NCBI GenBank assembly: GCA_963801355.1
Contig: CAWDEM010000008.1
Span: 1,056,001 to 1,120,000, forward strand
Direction: 5' to 3'
Length of the DNA: 64,000 bases
From: Ignavibacteriota bacterium
GTDB lineage: Bacteria > Bacteroidota > Ignavibacteria > UBA10030 > UBA6906
Under the pieces are notes generated by a model. It was not told the origin of the DNA, made no database searches, and was given only the letters and a program-made list of their open reading frames with translations. A program made the position numbers and the translations under genes. Below, piece by piece: positions 20,701-32,448 of this stretch (position 1 is the first letter of the stretch; every line of letters starts with the position of its first letter).

Positions 20701-21412
20701 CTACCTTCCTGGGATTCGGTGATCTGGCGTTGTGGCACTGCCGCCCGATCGCCTTCCGGCAAGCTGAATGATATCGGGGACCTCCAGTATCTTCTTCGGA
20801 TATCCCACCGTGACTGTATGAATCATCGCAAGTCCCATTTCCTCCAATGTGCAGGCATTCTTTGGAGACAGCGCCTTCACCAGGGGGTATAGGAATCCCA
20901 CCGCTTTAAAGAGTCTCTGTCAAATTCTTCTGACCGGAATTCGGTTTCAGCAGTCCCGGCCTGAACAGATAGACTGCTTTGAACGGAAGTCTTGCGAGAT
21001 GGTTCTCTGTTCTCCCTTTCACACGTGCCCACATAAGGCGTCCATGCTCGGAGCTATCGGTGCCCGCACCCGACACGTAGCAGAATGTCATTTCGGGATT
21101 CAGTCGAGAAAGCGTCGTAGCCACATGCATCGTGAGGTCGTATGTGGTCCGGGTATAATCCTGCTCATTCATTCCCACGGAAGAAACCCCAAGGCAGAAG
21201 AAGCATGCATGATACCCCGTGAGTTGTCCTTCAATCGAAGCGAAGTCAAAGAAATCCTGGTGTATCAGTTCCTTCAATTTGCTATGTACAATTCCGCAGG
21301 GTTTCCGACCTACAACCAGCACAGATTCCACGTCATCGTGTTTGAGGGCTTCGATGAGAACACCCTCCCCGACCATCCCCGAAGCACCGAGTACTACTGT
21401 CCTGATCTTCAT
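20701..21412 (-). CDS. NAD(P)H-binding atypical SDR (TIP30/YraR-like), one +1 frameshift near 20920
   Basis: LGASGMVGEG, ACFFCLG and WARVKG motifs; TTG-A-CAG shift joins ORF 20701-20901 (GYPKKILEVPDI). Confidence 0.8.
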
Positions 21413-21567
21413 CTGTTATTTCATCCTCACTTTATCCATTTACTCAATACGTTGAGTAAATTTACTCAATGCAATGAGTAAAGTCAGGGAAAAAAACCGT
21501 CGGGAAATCGCCAGCAAATGGGGTTTTCGATTGCTCGAAGTGGGGCCGGAGGTGGTCTCGTGTTCAT

Positions 21568-21608
21568 GTCAGGCAAGAGACCGCGAGTTCGAGTCTCGTC
21601 CACACCGC
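21568..21608 (+). pseudogene. 3'-half remnant of tRNA-Asp(GTC), att-like scar
   Basis: GTC-A-ggcaag-agacc-GCGAG-TTCGAGT-CTCGT-CCACACC-G: T-arm, acceptor 3' strand and G discriminator are present; no matching 5' half or D-arm. Confidence 0.6.
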
Positions 21609-21735
21609 GGTTTTGAAGTGAAAAACGGCAATTTCCCTCCGCCGACTCTCCAGCGGGCGCATACACTTGACCGTTAGTGACAATTTAGTGAGAAGTTGGA
21701 TATATTTATCTGAAACAACAAGAAAGACCAAGATC

Positions 21736-22605
21736 ATGGTTTCAAATATTCAAACTGAAAAAGCTGAAATGTTCTTGAAATTTCACCAAGACAAAGAAAT
21801 TTTAGTTCTGTTAAACTCATGGGACATCGGAAGTTCTAAATTGATAGAAGCATGTGGCTATAAAGCAATCGCAACAACAAGCATGGGAATAGCTGCCTCT
21901 TTAGGTTATCCTGACTGCCAGGTAATACAATTGTCAGAAATGATTGAAGCTATAACGGGGATCGTGAATGGAGTACAAGTTCCGGTAACCGTGGATATAG
22001 AAGCCGGATATGGAAATAACTTAAATGAAATAATTGATTCGGTTACAAAGATCATTGCAACAGGAATTGTCGGAATAAACATTGAAGACAGTATTGATGT
22101 GAATCCAGTATTAATTGACGAGATGGAATTTTGTGAAAGAATATCAGCTATTCGTGCATTGTCAGATTCACTGGGCTTTCATTTGGTAATTAATGCGAGG
22201 ACTGATTCATTCTATACTTCATCAGGTTCGCCACGAGAAAAATTATCTGAATCAATAAAGCGTGGCAATAAATACCGGGAAGCAGGCGCAGACTGCATAT
22301 TTGTTCAGCCTGTATGGGAAAGAGAAACGATTTCAACACTGGTTAAGGAAATCAATGCCCCAATCAACATTCTTTCAAACCCTGGGATTGGGGCAGGACT
22401 ACCTCCATCTGTTCGAGAACTGCAGGATTTAGGTGTCGCCCGTTTAAGCCTAGGTTCAAGTTTGATGAAAGCTACTTTAGCTTTAATCAAGAAAGTTGCT
22501 GACGAACTATCAGAAAAAGGAACTTACAATATTTTGCTAGATACTCTAACACCGCTCCCCGATGCAGCATTGGCCTACAAAATGGCAATAGGGTTAAATA
22601 AATGA
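21736..22605 (+). CDS. Isocitrate lyase/PEP mutase family protein (visibly AT-rich)
   Basis: NSWDIGSS, DIEAGYG, GINIED, INARTD and AGADCIF motifs. Confidence 0.9.
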   Translation: MVSNIQTEKAEMFLKFHQDKEILVLLNSWDIGSSKLIEACGYKAIATTSMGIAASLGYPDCQVIQLSEMIEAITGIVNGVQVPVTVDIEAGYGNNLNEIIDSVTKIIATGIVGINIEDSIDVNPVLIDEMEFCERISAIRALSDSLGFHLVINARTDSFYTSSGSPREKLSESIKRGNKYREAGADCIFVQPVWERETISTLVKEINAPINILSNPGIGAGLPPSVRELQDLGVARLSLGSSLMKATLALIKKVADELSEKGTYNILLDTLTPLPDAALAYKMAIGLNK

Positions 22606-22696
22606 AGAACAGCCTGTTCCCGTCCCACAATTCGCGTTTGACAATCTGCTTGTTTTGTACTACTATGTCGCCGACTCCTTACTTACAGCAACTGTC

Positions 22697-25315
22697 ATGT
22701 CCACACTCGTTGGTCAGACGGTTTCTCATTACAAGATCCTCGAGCACCTCGGCGGCGGAGGCATGGGCGTCGTCTACAAAGCCCAGGACCTTAAGCTCGA
22801 CCGTCTGGTAGCCCTCAAGTTTCTCCCTCCCGATCTCACGCGCGACCCTGAGGCCAAGGAGCGTTTCGTCCACGAGGCCAAAGCCGCTTCCGCACTCCAG
22901 CATAACAATATCTGCACCGTCCACGACATCGACGAATCCACCGACGGGCAGCTATTCATCGTCATGGACTTCTACGAGGGAGAGACGCTCAAGAAGAGGA
23001 TAGGGCGAGGCCCTCTATCGATCCGCGACGCCGTTGATATCGCCATCCAGCTCGCCCAGGGCCTCACGAAAGCCCATGAGCACGGGATTGTCCACCGGGA
23101 CATCAAGCCGGCGAACGTCATGATCACCTCCGACGGCGTGGCCAAGATCGTCGACTTTGGGCTGGCGAAACTCTCCGGGCGGACGATGCTCACGAAAACG
23201 GGCTCCACGCTCGGCACTGCGGCATACATGTCGCCCGAGCAGACCCGGGGTGAACCAGCCGATCAGAGAACCGACATCTGGTCCTTGGGAGTTGTTCTCT
23301 ATGAGATGCTCACCGGCAAGCGGCCGTTCGATGCGGAATACGAGAACGCCCTTATGTACTCGATCGTCAATGCCGAGCCTGAACATATCACGGCACTCCG
23401 GACCGGCGTCCCAATGGAGCTCGAACGCATTATCGGCAAGTGCATGGCGAAAACTCCGAAAGACCGTTACCAGCACGCCGACGAGCTCATCGTTGACCTC
23501 CGTACCAGTTGCCCCACTGCCACGTCGTCGCCTTCGGGATCGCCGGGAGCAGCAGTTGCCCGAGGTCGACGGATGCGGACGCGTCTGATCCTCAGTGTCA
23601 CAGCCCTGATTGTGGTGGCTGTCTGCGCGTGGTTCTTCCTGACAAAGCCCTCCGGCGAGATGAGGGAGCTCCGCAGGAAATCGATCGCGGTGCTTCCTTT
23701 CAGTCCGTTCGGCCGAACGTTCGATGACACAGTCTTCGCTGATGGAATCCACGACGATATCCTCACGCAGCTCTCCAAGATCAGCGGGCTGCGCGTTATT
23801 GCCCGGACCTCCATGGTACTCTACCGGGATTCGAAGAAGACACCGCGCCAGATCGGAGACGATCTCGACGTTGGGTATCTGCTCGAGGGAAGCACACGCC
23901 GCTCCGGAGGTAAGATCCGCATCACGGCCCAGCTGATCAAGACAGCGGACGAGGGGCACCTATGGGCGGAGACCTACGACAGAAATGATGCGGACGTGTT
24001 TGCCGTGCAAAGTGACATTGCCCAGCGGATCTCCTCATCGATGGAGGCAGTCCTTTCACCGGCTGAGAAGGCAGCGGTGGAAGAGATCCCCACACGGAGC
24101 ACAGAGGCCTACAACTACTATCTTCAGGGAAAACATTACTGGGAAAACTACTATGATAGCGCGGGGAATGCGAAAGCCGCTGAGTTCTTTGAGAAGGCGG
24201 CAGAGAAGGATCCCACATTTACGCAGGCGTTCGCGATGGCTGCGGTAGCCAACGACGCAGTGCATGCTTTCTTCGGGGATCATACCACTGGGCGAATCGC
24301 GAGGATCACCTCAGCGCTCAAGAGCGCACGCCTCCTCAACCCTGATGATCCAGTCGTTCATTACGCACAAGGCCTATACATCCTTGACCTCGACACTGCT
24401 CGAGGAAAGATGGAGCGCGCCAGGTTGGCAATGGCGGAATTCCAAGAAGGACTGAAGACCCGTCCCAATTGGTATGACCTCCATTACAGTGTGGCCGATC
24501 TCCAGCGGCTCGAAGGGGCATGGCCGGAGGCGCGCGAATCAATCAGAAAGGCCTTCTCGCTGAATCCGCTGGGCCTGGCTCCGGAATGGGGTCCATGGAG
24601 TGCGTCCCGCTGGCTCCGGGACTGGGACGTTGCCAGGGAAGAGATTGACGAATACATTGCACGGCATCCCGATGATCTGGAAGGCTATTGGGACAAGATG
24701 CGCATACTCATTGGTGGATTTGGAGATCTTGAGGGCGCACGGGCCGTTCTTGAATATGGAATGAAGTTGCCTCTGAATCAGGGTCGAGATCGACGTTTTC
24801 TTATCACACCCAACGATCTCTGGATCGTGAAATACTATCAAGGGAAATACCAGGAGGCTCTTGCGTGTCTGGCGGCACAGCCCGGCGATGATATCACCGC
24901 GCACTGGACCCGTTGGATCCGGAAAGGCATGACCTATGTTGCCCTAAATCAGCGTGCGACTGCGATGGCCTGTTTTGACTCAGCACTCTCATATACAGAC
25001 CTACTTCCGGCAGGATTTCGGAAGTATTATCGCACTGGAATCGCGCTGGCATGGCGTGGCCATCATGAGAGGGCGGCGCTGGAGTTTGAGAAAGCAAGCA
25101 AGGGCGAGCTTTGGTGGCCTCAAAGAAAAGAGCTTGAAGAAGCACAGGCGCAGGCAGCCGTATTGGCCGCCGATACCGACCAGGCGCTAAACCTGCTTGA
25201 ACAACTCATCCCGATGCCTGGATATCTGACCGTCTGGGATCTTCGACTCGACCCTTTGTACAACCCCCTCGGGAGCAATCGCCGGTTTCAAGCACTTCTT
25301 GCCAAGTACAAGTGA
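22697..25315 (+). CDS. Hanks-type Ser/Thr kinase with TM, TolB-N-like domain and TPRs
   Basis: [25 protein letters not shown] and SIAVLPF motifs; TPR-like C-terminus. Confidence 0.9.
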   Translation: MSTLVGQTVSHYKILEHLGGGGMGVVYKAQDLKLDRLVALKFLPPDLTRDPEAKERFVHEAKAASALQHNNICTVHDIDESTDGQLFIVMDFYEGETLKKRIGRGPLSIRDAVDIAIQLAQGLTKAHEHGIVHRDIKPANVMITSDGVAKIVDFGLAKLSGRTMLTKTGSTLGTAAYMSPEQTRGEPADQRTDIWSLGVVLYEMLTGKRPFDAEYENALMYSIVNAEPEHITALRTGVPMELERIIGKCMAKTPKDRYQHADELIVDLRTSCPTATSSPSGSPGAAVARGRRMRTRLILSVTALIVVAVCAWFFLTKPSGEMRELRRKSIAVLPFSPFGRTFDDTVFADGIHDDILTQLSKISGLRVIARTSMVLYRDSKKTPRQIGDDLDVGYLLEGSTRRSGGKIRITAQLIKTADEGHLWAETYDRNDADVFAVQSDIAQRISSSMEAVLSPAEKAAVEEIPTRSTEAYNYYLQGKHYWENYYDSAGNAKAAEFFEKAAEKDPTFTQAFAMAAVANDAVHAFFGDHTTGRIARITSALKSARLLNPDDPVVHYAQGLYILDLDTARGKMERARLAMAEFQEGLKTRPNWYDLHYSVADLQRLEGAWPEARESIRKAFSLNPLGLAPEWGPWSASRWLRDWDVAREEIDEYIARHPDDLEGYWDKMRILIGGFGDLEGARAVLEYGMKLPLNQGRDRRFLITPNDLWIVKYYQGKYQEALACLAAQPGDDITAHWTRWIRKGMTYVALNQRATAMACFDSALSYTDLLPAGFRKYYRTGIALAWRGHHERAALEFEKASKGELWWPQRKELEEAQAQAAVLAADTDQALNLLEQLIPMPGYLTVWDLRLDPLYNPLGSNRRFQALLAKYK

Positions 25316-25375
25316 ATTCCATCACGATAAGGGTTCTGCGGGACCCCCGTCCGCCCCGCACCAATTGAATGTGCA

Positions 25376-25406
25376 ACGAAGCCCGGCACCGTCGGGCCTT
25401 TTCGTT
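25376..25406 (+). terminator. Rho-independent terminator candidate
   Basis: aacgaa-gcccg-gcaccgt-cgggc-cttttcgtt. Confidence 0.55.
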
Positions 25407-25514
25407 TCTTGCGGGGCAAACCCGGACCTCGCCCAGTCCCTCCCGTCAATCGCGTTTGACTATCCACTTGTTATGAGCTAACTTACCTCCGTCACTCTTC
25501 CTGAAGGAACTGTC

Positions 25515-27866
25515 ATGGCTACACTCGTTGGTCAGACGGTTTCTCACTACAAGATCCTGGAGCACCTCGGCGGCGGAGGAATGGGCGTTGTCTACAAAGC
25601 CCAGGACCTCAAGCTCGACCGCCCCGTCGCGCTGAAGTTCCTCCCTCCCGACCTTACGCGCGACCCCGAAGCAAAGCAGCGATTTGTTCAAGAGGCCAAG
25701 GCCGCCTCAACCCTACAACAGAGTAACATTTGCGTCGTTTACGATATCGATGAAACTGCTGATGAGCAGATGTTCATCAGCATGGAGTACCTCGAAGGTG
25801 AGACGCTCAAGAAGAAGATCGAGCGCGGACCGCTGAAGATCGAAGAAGCGATCGATATCGCCACCCAAATTGCGCAGGGTCTCACCAAGGCCCACGGACA
25901 CGGCATCATCCACCGCGATATCAAGCCCGCCAACATCATGATGACGAACGATGGCGTGGCCAAGATCGTCGATTTCGGGCTGGCGAAACTCTCCGGGCAA
26001 TGCAGACTGACGCGGACTGGATCGACAGTCGGGACAGTGGCGTACATGTCGCCAGAGCAGTTCCGCACCGGGGAGGTTGATCACCGGAGTGACATCTTCT
26101 CCCTCGGAGTGGTCTTGTACGAATTGGTAACATCCCGCCTCCCCTTCCGCGGAGAGTTCGAGGCCGCAGTGAGCTATTCTGTCCTCAACGACCGACCGTT
26201 GCCGGTCTCGTCGTTTAGAGAGGGTGTGCCGCCGGCGCTCGAGCAGGTTATTGCCCGCTGTCTTGAGAAGGAGACGATTAGGCGCTACCAATCAACCGAA
26301 GAGATCACAGCAGACCTCAGAAGCGTGGCGCGGGATCTAGCAGGCCCGGTTGAGAGACGCCCGGTGAAGTCCGGCGTGTGGAGGGCTCTCGCGAGACCTT
26401 CGATCTGGGTGCCGACCGCTCTCGGCATAATAGCCATTGCTGTACTGCTGTATGTTCTTTTCCCCCGATCACCTTCTCCCTCTCTGTCGGGCAAATCCAT
26501 CGCCGTGCTCCCATTCCAGAATCTGAGCGACAGCAAGGAGGATGAGTATTTCAGCGATGGCATCACCGACGACATCATTGCACAGCTCTCCAAAATCACC
26601 GATCTAAAGGTCATTTCGCGTACCTCGGTCATGCAGTATAAGGGCAGCACAAAGAGCGTTCGCGAAATCGGGAAGGACCTCGGCGTTGCCACGGTGCTTG
26701 AAGGCAGCGTAAGACGCTCGGGCAACGACCTCCGCATCGTGGCACAGCTTATCGATGCCAACAATGAAGGACATCTCTGGGTCGAGACCTATAACCGAAC
26801 GCTGACCGAGGTGTTTGCCATACAGAGTGACGTCGCCCAGCAGATCGCCGCCGCACTGCAGGCGAAGCTTTCTCCTGTTGAGAAGAGCCGCATCGAAAAG
26901 CAACAGACGGAGAACACGGAGGCGTATCAGCTATACCTCAAAGGGAGGTTCTACTGGAACAAGAGGCGCGTCGATCACATTGAAACTGCCATTGAGTACT
27001 TCACGCAGGCAATCGAGAAGGATCCCGGCTACGGGCTGGCGTACGCAGGACTGGCATCCTCCTACGTGCTCTTCCCGTCATACGGGCTCTCCCCCGTGGA
27101 ATGGTACACCAAGGCCCGCACCGCAGCTCAAAGGGCACTGGAGATCGATCCCACGCTGGTAGAGGCGCATGCGGTGCTGGGACTCCTTGCCGAAGATAGT
27201 GACTTCGACTGGCGGGGGGCGGAGCATCATTTCCGAAGGGCAATTGAGCTCGACCCAAATTACCCCACAGCACGCCAGTGGTACGCCGGCATGCTCATGT
27301 ACACCGGCAGGCTTGATGAAGCGCTCGCCGAGGTCAACCGAGCACAGGAACTGGATCCGCTTTCACTCATCATCAACATGGCGCTCGGTGATGCCCTGTA
27401 TCTGATGCGCCACTACGATAGGGCACTGGCGCAATACCAGAACACACTCGCCCTGGACCAGACCTTCGCGTGGGCCTACATCGGCCTGGGGGAAGTGTAT
27501 GTAGCCCTGGGAAGATCTCACGAGGCGATCGCGGCGTTCAGGAAGTCAGACAGCCTCGGCAGCGGATCCCCAGTGGGACTTGCCTACCTCGGCCGCGCGT
27601 ACATCAGCGCCGGGAGGAGGGATGACGCCCGGAGGATACTCGACTCGCTTCTGCAGTTCGAACGGCAAGGGTATGCTGTCTCTACAGGGATTGGATATCT
27701 TTACTTCCAGCTCGGGGAAAAGGAGAAGGGACTTGCGTGGCTCGAGAAGGCGTACCAGGCACGGGAGCCCGAACTCCTCTATCTCGCGGTGGATCCATCC
27801 CTGGAGAGTGTTCGCTCGGACTCGAGATGTGTTGCCTTGCTGAAGAAGATGGGTCTTCGTGACTGA
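25515..27866 (+). CDS. Hanks-type Ser/Thr kinase with TM, TolB-N-like domain and TPRs (paralog)
   Basis: Same kinase motifs; [11 protein letters not shown]...[10 protein letters not shown]; [13 protein letters not shown]. Confidence 0.9.
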   Translation: MATLVGQTVSHYKILEHLGGGGMGVVYKAQDLKLDRPVALKFLPPDLTRDPEAKQRFVQEAKAASTLQQSNICVVYDIDETADEQMFISMEYLEGETLKKKIERGPLKIEEAIDIATQIAQGLTKAHGHGIIHRDIKPANIMMTNDGVAKIVDFGLAKLSGQCRLTRTGSTVGTVAYMSPEQFRTGEVDHRSDIFSLGVVLYELVTSRLPFRGEFEAAVSYSVLNDRPLPVSSFREGVPPALEQVIARCLEKETIRRYQSTEEITADLRSVARDLAGPVERRPVKSGVWRALARPSIWVPTALGIIAIAVLLYVLFPRSPSPSLSGKSIAVLPFQNLSDSKEDEYFSDGITDDIIAQLSKITDLKVISRTSVMQYKGSTKSVREIGKDLGVATVLEGSVRRSGNDLRIVAQLIDANNEGHLWVETYNRTLTEVFAIQSDVAQQIAAALQAKLSPVEKSRIEKQQTENTEAYQLYLKGRFYWNKRRVDHIETAIEYFTQAIEKDPGYGLAYAGLASSYVLFPSYGLSPVEWYTKARTAAQRALEIDPTLVEAHAVLGLLAEDSDFDWRGAEHHFRRAIELDPNYPTARQWYAGMLMYTGRLDEALAEVNRAQELDPLSLIINMALGDALYLMRHYDRALAQYQNTLALDQTFAWAYIGLGEVYVALGRSHEAIAAFRKSDSLGSGSPVGLAYLGRAYISAGRRDDARRILDSLLQFERQGYAVSTGIGYLYFQLGEKEKGLAWLEKAYQAREPELLYLAVDPSLESVRSDSRCVALLKKMGLRD

Positions 27867-28054
27867 ACATCACACTTTTCCGGCGGTGGCGCAGTGCTCC
27901 AGCAGCCTGGTCTAGAGTGTGCTTGACCAATATCGCTATGGAAGATGGTTCACCGGGAGATGACAGGGGTCGAGGCATTTCGGCAAAGGCCAACGTCCAG
28001 GCACGGTCGTAACTCATTGAGGTCAACTGGGGTCCTTGCTATTCCGTTTCCAGA

Positions 28055-30161
28055 CTACTTCATGACAACCATTTGTTTTGTCTGAACACACCCTCCGGAC
28101 TGAATGGTGTAGAAATAGACTGCGCTTGGGAGAGCGCTTGCATCAAAATGTATTTCGTGATAGCCAGCTTCCAGTTCTCTATTGATGAGTGTCTTTACAG
28201 CTCTACCAAGAAGATCGTAAAGAGTTAGTGTTGTTCGTCCCCGTTGCGCCAAAGCAAACGCTATTGTTGTCGTCGGGTTGAAGGGGTTAGGATAGTTCTG
28301 ACTTATAGAAAATTCTTCTGGCGTTCCCGCTTCTTCTTGTGACATCCGTTGTAGCAAAAGTGAAACTCGACACATCGCTCCACGGCCCGGATCCAGCAAC
28401 ATTGCTGGCCTGAACCTGCCAGTAGTACTGTCCTCCTTCCGAATGCCCCGAAAAGATCTCGACTGTGTCTGATGTTGTAGCTGACCTGAATACCCTGTTG
28501 GGTGTTTGCATTGCGGTTACCCGGATGAAGTATTGATCAGCGTCCTGTACTCTGTTCCATGTATATCTTGCACCGCCGGGTTGATCTTGAATCGGTGCGG
28601 CGTTGACTAACTGCGGTTTCGCCGGTGCAGCTACTGTGATGAATCTCCATACATTGCTCCAGAGACCCACACCGGCAATACTTTTCACTTTGACACGCCA
28701 GAAGTATTGTTTGCCTTTGACGAGGCCGGTGAAAGTCTTTACTGTATCACTGCCTGTCGAATCACTTCTCGCAAGGGCTTTGAATTCCGAATCCGAGGAT
28801 ACCTGGATAAGATACTGTGTGACGCCTTGTACCTTGCTCCACCGAAACGTAATAGTTGTATCCAGGCCTGATTGAAGATCCGCAGGATAGCGCAATGATG
28901 TCCATTCAATGAGAGATGTACCGGCAGAAAGTGTCGGAGTGGTCCACGTAATCCATGGGGAAAGGTCGGTACCATACGGAGTGGTAGCGATGTTCGTATT
29001 CACCGCGGCATTCCCAAGAAGAAACTTTTCCACAAAAGCCTCAACGTCCGGCATCTGGCTGCTCGGAACAACGCAGTGCGCGTGTCCCCCAACAATGGAA
29101 AAACCGAACCTCTCGGGGACGCCAAGAGTATTATAGATTTGCTGCACGGCCCTACTATTGACGTAACACGACGGATTTGACAGCCATGTATAGTCCGGGT
29201 TTGCCGTAACGTACAAGGCACGAGGCGCGCACATTGCACATAACTCATGATGATCCAGCGGCAGCTTTGAAACATTGGTGCCGGAAAATTGGAACATCCC
29301 CTCACTGAACCACTGATGACTGGTGGCACCTAGAGTTTCCACGCTTCCCGCTGGTTCGGTCTGCGAGTAACGCCACGAGGTGGCGCCACCGCCACCCGAC
29401 TCCTGGGCAATGGTGAGCGCAATACGCTCGTCGAACGCCCCCGCAAAGAGTGCCATTTTGCCTGCATAGGAGCAACCAGTGACCGCTATGTGCTTCAGAT
29501 CTATGGGGAGATCATTTTGAACCAGCTCCAAACCATCAATTATGCGACTGACCCCCCAGGCCCAAGCGCTGTATTGTCCCGTATTGTCAATCGTAAGCTG
29601 AGGCCCATAAAGTACGTAGTAGGGGTCCGAATCTTGCGGGCTGTTGTACGTCGTTACCTGATTATGGCTGAAGGTGATTTGTGCAATATTGCGACTGCTA
29701 AATATAGTAGATGGTATACTGCCACTGGGACTATTCATACCGATCACTGCAGCGAAGGGTCCCCTCCCCGCCGGGAGGGTGACCTGTGAAGTCAGCGTGA
29801 GCGTTTTGCCGTTCACAGTCACATTCACTGTGAGCACGCCCCCGGAATAATTTGCTGTTATGGTATCCGGACGAACCGGCTTTGGACCGATCTCATAATG
29901 CTGGATCTGGGCGCCGATCTCAGCACGCCGGTACCGCCAATCGGAGAAGTGCGAAATGCGACCTCTGCCATCGAACCATGCAAATGGGTCGGGCAGTGCC
30001 TGGATGAAAGGGAGTTGGCTGAACGAAGGGAAAGCCGGCGTCGGGTAGTCAGCACCCGTATTCTCAAATTGATAGACGAACGGCATTATTCCTTGAGCTA
30101 ATGCATCAACGAACGCATAGCTGCTCAATAGAACTGTCAATAGGACTATTCTTGTTCTCAT
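28055..30161 (-). CDS. CE15 glucuronoyl-esterase-like protein with Fn3-like domains and T9SS CTD, one +1 frameshift near 28340
   Basis: ALPDPF, AWAWGVSRIIDGL, TGCSYAGK, QESGGGG and DHHEL motifs; the CTD lies in ORF 28055-28402 (GTC-A-CAA shift). Confidence 0.85.
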
Positions 30162-30168
30162 CACCGCG

Positions 30169-32310
30169 TCAATATTTGAACTCAAGCCCGAGCTGTTGGA
30201 AGACGAAAGCGTAGACATCCGCCTGTTGCGCCACGTAGTCATTCAGGCTTGTCCCGATCCCGTGCCCGGCATTCGAACTGGTGCGGAGAAGAATGGGTAG
30301 GCCGGAAGCGGTGGCGGCCTGCAGCCGGGCCGTCATCTTACGCGAATTGGCCGGATCCACACGGCCGTCATTATCACCGGTCAGTAACAGAACCGCCGGG
30401 TACTTCGTCCCGTCAACCACGTGGTGGTACGGGGAATATGCATACAGCGCCTTGAACTGGTCGGGGTTCTTGACGCTCCCGTACTCGGTGACGTTGAACT
30501 CGCCGTTTGGGAAGAGCTCGACGCGCAGCATGTCATAGATCCCCACGTAACTCACGACTGCCCGGAACAGTTCCGGGTGCTGCGTGAGGGCAGCACCCAT
30601 CAGAAGCCCTCCATTGCTTCCACCCATGATCACAAGGCGTGATGGACTTGTATACTTCTGATCGATGAGCCATTTGGCGCACGCGGTGAAGTCATCGAAG
30701 ACGGTCTGCTTCTTCGTCAGGTTGGCCGACCTGTGCCACTCCTCCCCGTATTCTCCCCCTCCCCGAAGATTTGTTGTGACATAGATCCCGCCGTTGTCGA
30801 ACCAGAATCTCATGTCCGACTCATAGGAGGGATCCTCATTGATCCCGTACCCTCCGTACCCGTAGAGGATCGTGGGATTGTTGCCGTCTAGCGGTGTCCC
30901 CCTCTTCTTCAGGATATTCATCGGAACGCGGATACCGTCCTTCGAAACAGCGAAATCCCTCGACACTTCGATGTCACTCATGTCGACGCGCACAGGTCTG
31001 GCAAGAGCGGTCTTTGCGGCCCGGTGGTTGACCGCATCATACCGATAATACGTCAGGGGTGTTGTGTAGGTCTGGACACTGTAGAGAATGTCATCCCCGT
31101 CGAGCCCGACCATCCCTCCGACTGAAGCGATCGAATCGGCAGGGAGCACATCGAGAATGTTCCCCCGGAGATCGAACGCCACCACGCGTTCCGGCCCCCC
31201 GAGGATCTGCTGCACATAGATCCTGCTTTTTGTGGGAAGCAAGGAGAGCATCGACCACTCCCCTTCTTTCACAAGCGGAGCCGGCTGCGCGGAGCGCCTG
31301 CCGTCGATCCGTACAGCCACGATCTGACCCCTGGGAGCATTCTTGCGCGACAGCATGTACAGCGTCCCATCGGGACCGAATGCGGTTGCCTTGACCTGGT
31401 CGGCGTACGTCGTGAGCTGAGTCCATTTTCCCCCGGGGCCCATGAGGTAGTGGGCAAAATCACCGCCATCCCCGTTGGCCACGGTAGCGAGGAGGAACTT
31501 CCCATCATCTGTGGAAGAGAGACGGATCTCGGCGATCCGCGGAAACTCCTTGCCGATGACATATGTGTCTCTACTGGCTGGAGTCCCGATCTTATGGAAG
31601 TACACCTGCTGGCAGAAGTTTGCATCTTCCTTTGGGCGCTCATTTCCCTGGGGGTAACGGGTGTAGTAGAAGCCCGAATTATCGGCATTCCACTCAATGG
31701 ATCCGCCTCCAGTCGGATACTGCACGCGCGGAACGACATCATCCAGTCGCCTCCCGGTTTCGACATCGAAAATTGCGGCTGTTCCGTCTTCGCTCCCTTT
31801 CTCCGAGAGGGAAACCACGACCAGTTTGGCATCCCGTGAGGGGACGTACCAATCAATCGACGTTGTGCCTTCGGGATTCAAGACGTTCGGGTCGACGATG
31901 ACTTTCTCCGTCGATGCATCCATGTACGACGGAAGCACGACCAGGAAGCGCTGGTTCTTCGGAGGCTGGCGCTTCATGGCGAAGAGTTTGCCGCGCCGGG
32001 TGAGCGAAGAATAGCTTGCGGAGGTATCAGCCAGAAGACTATTCAGTCTTTTGTAGAGCGGCTCCCAGGAGGGAAACTTGTCCAGAACGGAGCGGGTGTA
32101 CGCATTCTGTGCGTCGTTCCATTTCCGCACTTCGGAATTCCCGAGGTCATCCAACCAACGGTAGTCATCGATGACGCTGGTCCCGTAGTACTCATCCGTA
32201 ACCGGGTGTCTTTCGGTGGGCGGGAACGAGGGATGCCGGTCGCCCGTGCAGGCGAACCCGAAAAGCATCACTGCCGCCGAGAGACTGATCAGACTTATGC
32301 GAGGGTTCAT
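30169..32310 (-). CDS. Prolyl oligopeptidase (S9A)
   Basis: GGSNGG, GDNDGRV and AGHG triad motifs; N-terminal signal with Cys. Confidence 0.92.
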   Translation of the reverse strand: MNPRISLISLSAAVMLFGFACTGDRHPSFPPTERHPVTDEYYGTSVIDDYRWLDDLGNSEVRKWNDAQNAYTRSVLDKFPSWEPLYKRLNSLLADTSASYSSLTRRGKLFAMKRQPPKNQRFLVVLPSYMDASTEKVIVDPNVLNPEGTTSIDWYVPSRDAKLVVVSLSEKGSEDGTAAIFDVETGRRLDDVVPRVQYPTGGGSIEWNADNSGFYYTRYPQGNERPKEDANFCQQVYFHKIGTPASRDTYVIGKEFPRIAEIRLSSTDDGKFLLATVANGDGGDFAHYLMGPGGKWTQLTTYADQVKATAFGPDGTLYMLSRKNAPRGQIVAVRIDGRRSAQPAPLVKEGEWSMLSLLPTKSRIYVQQILGGPERVVAFDLRGNILDVLPADSIASVGGMVGLDGDDILYSVQTYTTPLTYYRYDAVNHRAAKTALARPVRVDMSDIEVSRDFAVSKDGIRVPMNILKKRGTPLDGNNPTILYGYGGYGINEDPSYESDMRFWFDNGGIYVTTNLRGGGEYGEEWHRSANLTKKQTVFDDFTACAKWLIDQKYTSPSRLVIMGGSNGGLLMGAALTQHPELFRAVVSYVGIYDMLRVELFPNGEFNVTEYGSVKNPDQFKALYAYSPYHHVVDGTKYPAVLLLTGDNDGRVDPANSRKMTARLQAATASGLPILLRTSSNAGHGIGTSLNDYVAQQADVYAFVFQQLGLEFKY

Positions 32311-32448
32311 ACTTGCCTCACTGGACTTGAGAATGCGGTGAGATGCTGTGCCGGGTAACAATTACGGGAAATGGAGGAAAAAAGCAATATATCCCGCGTT
32401 TACCTTCGACCCACTTGCACATTACCTGTTAAAGCGGTATCTTGTTGT

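Noticed and set aside
21540-21610. Intact tRNA gene
   Set aside because: No 5' acceptor strand complementary to CCACACC and no D-arm; only the 3' half is present.
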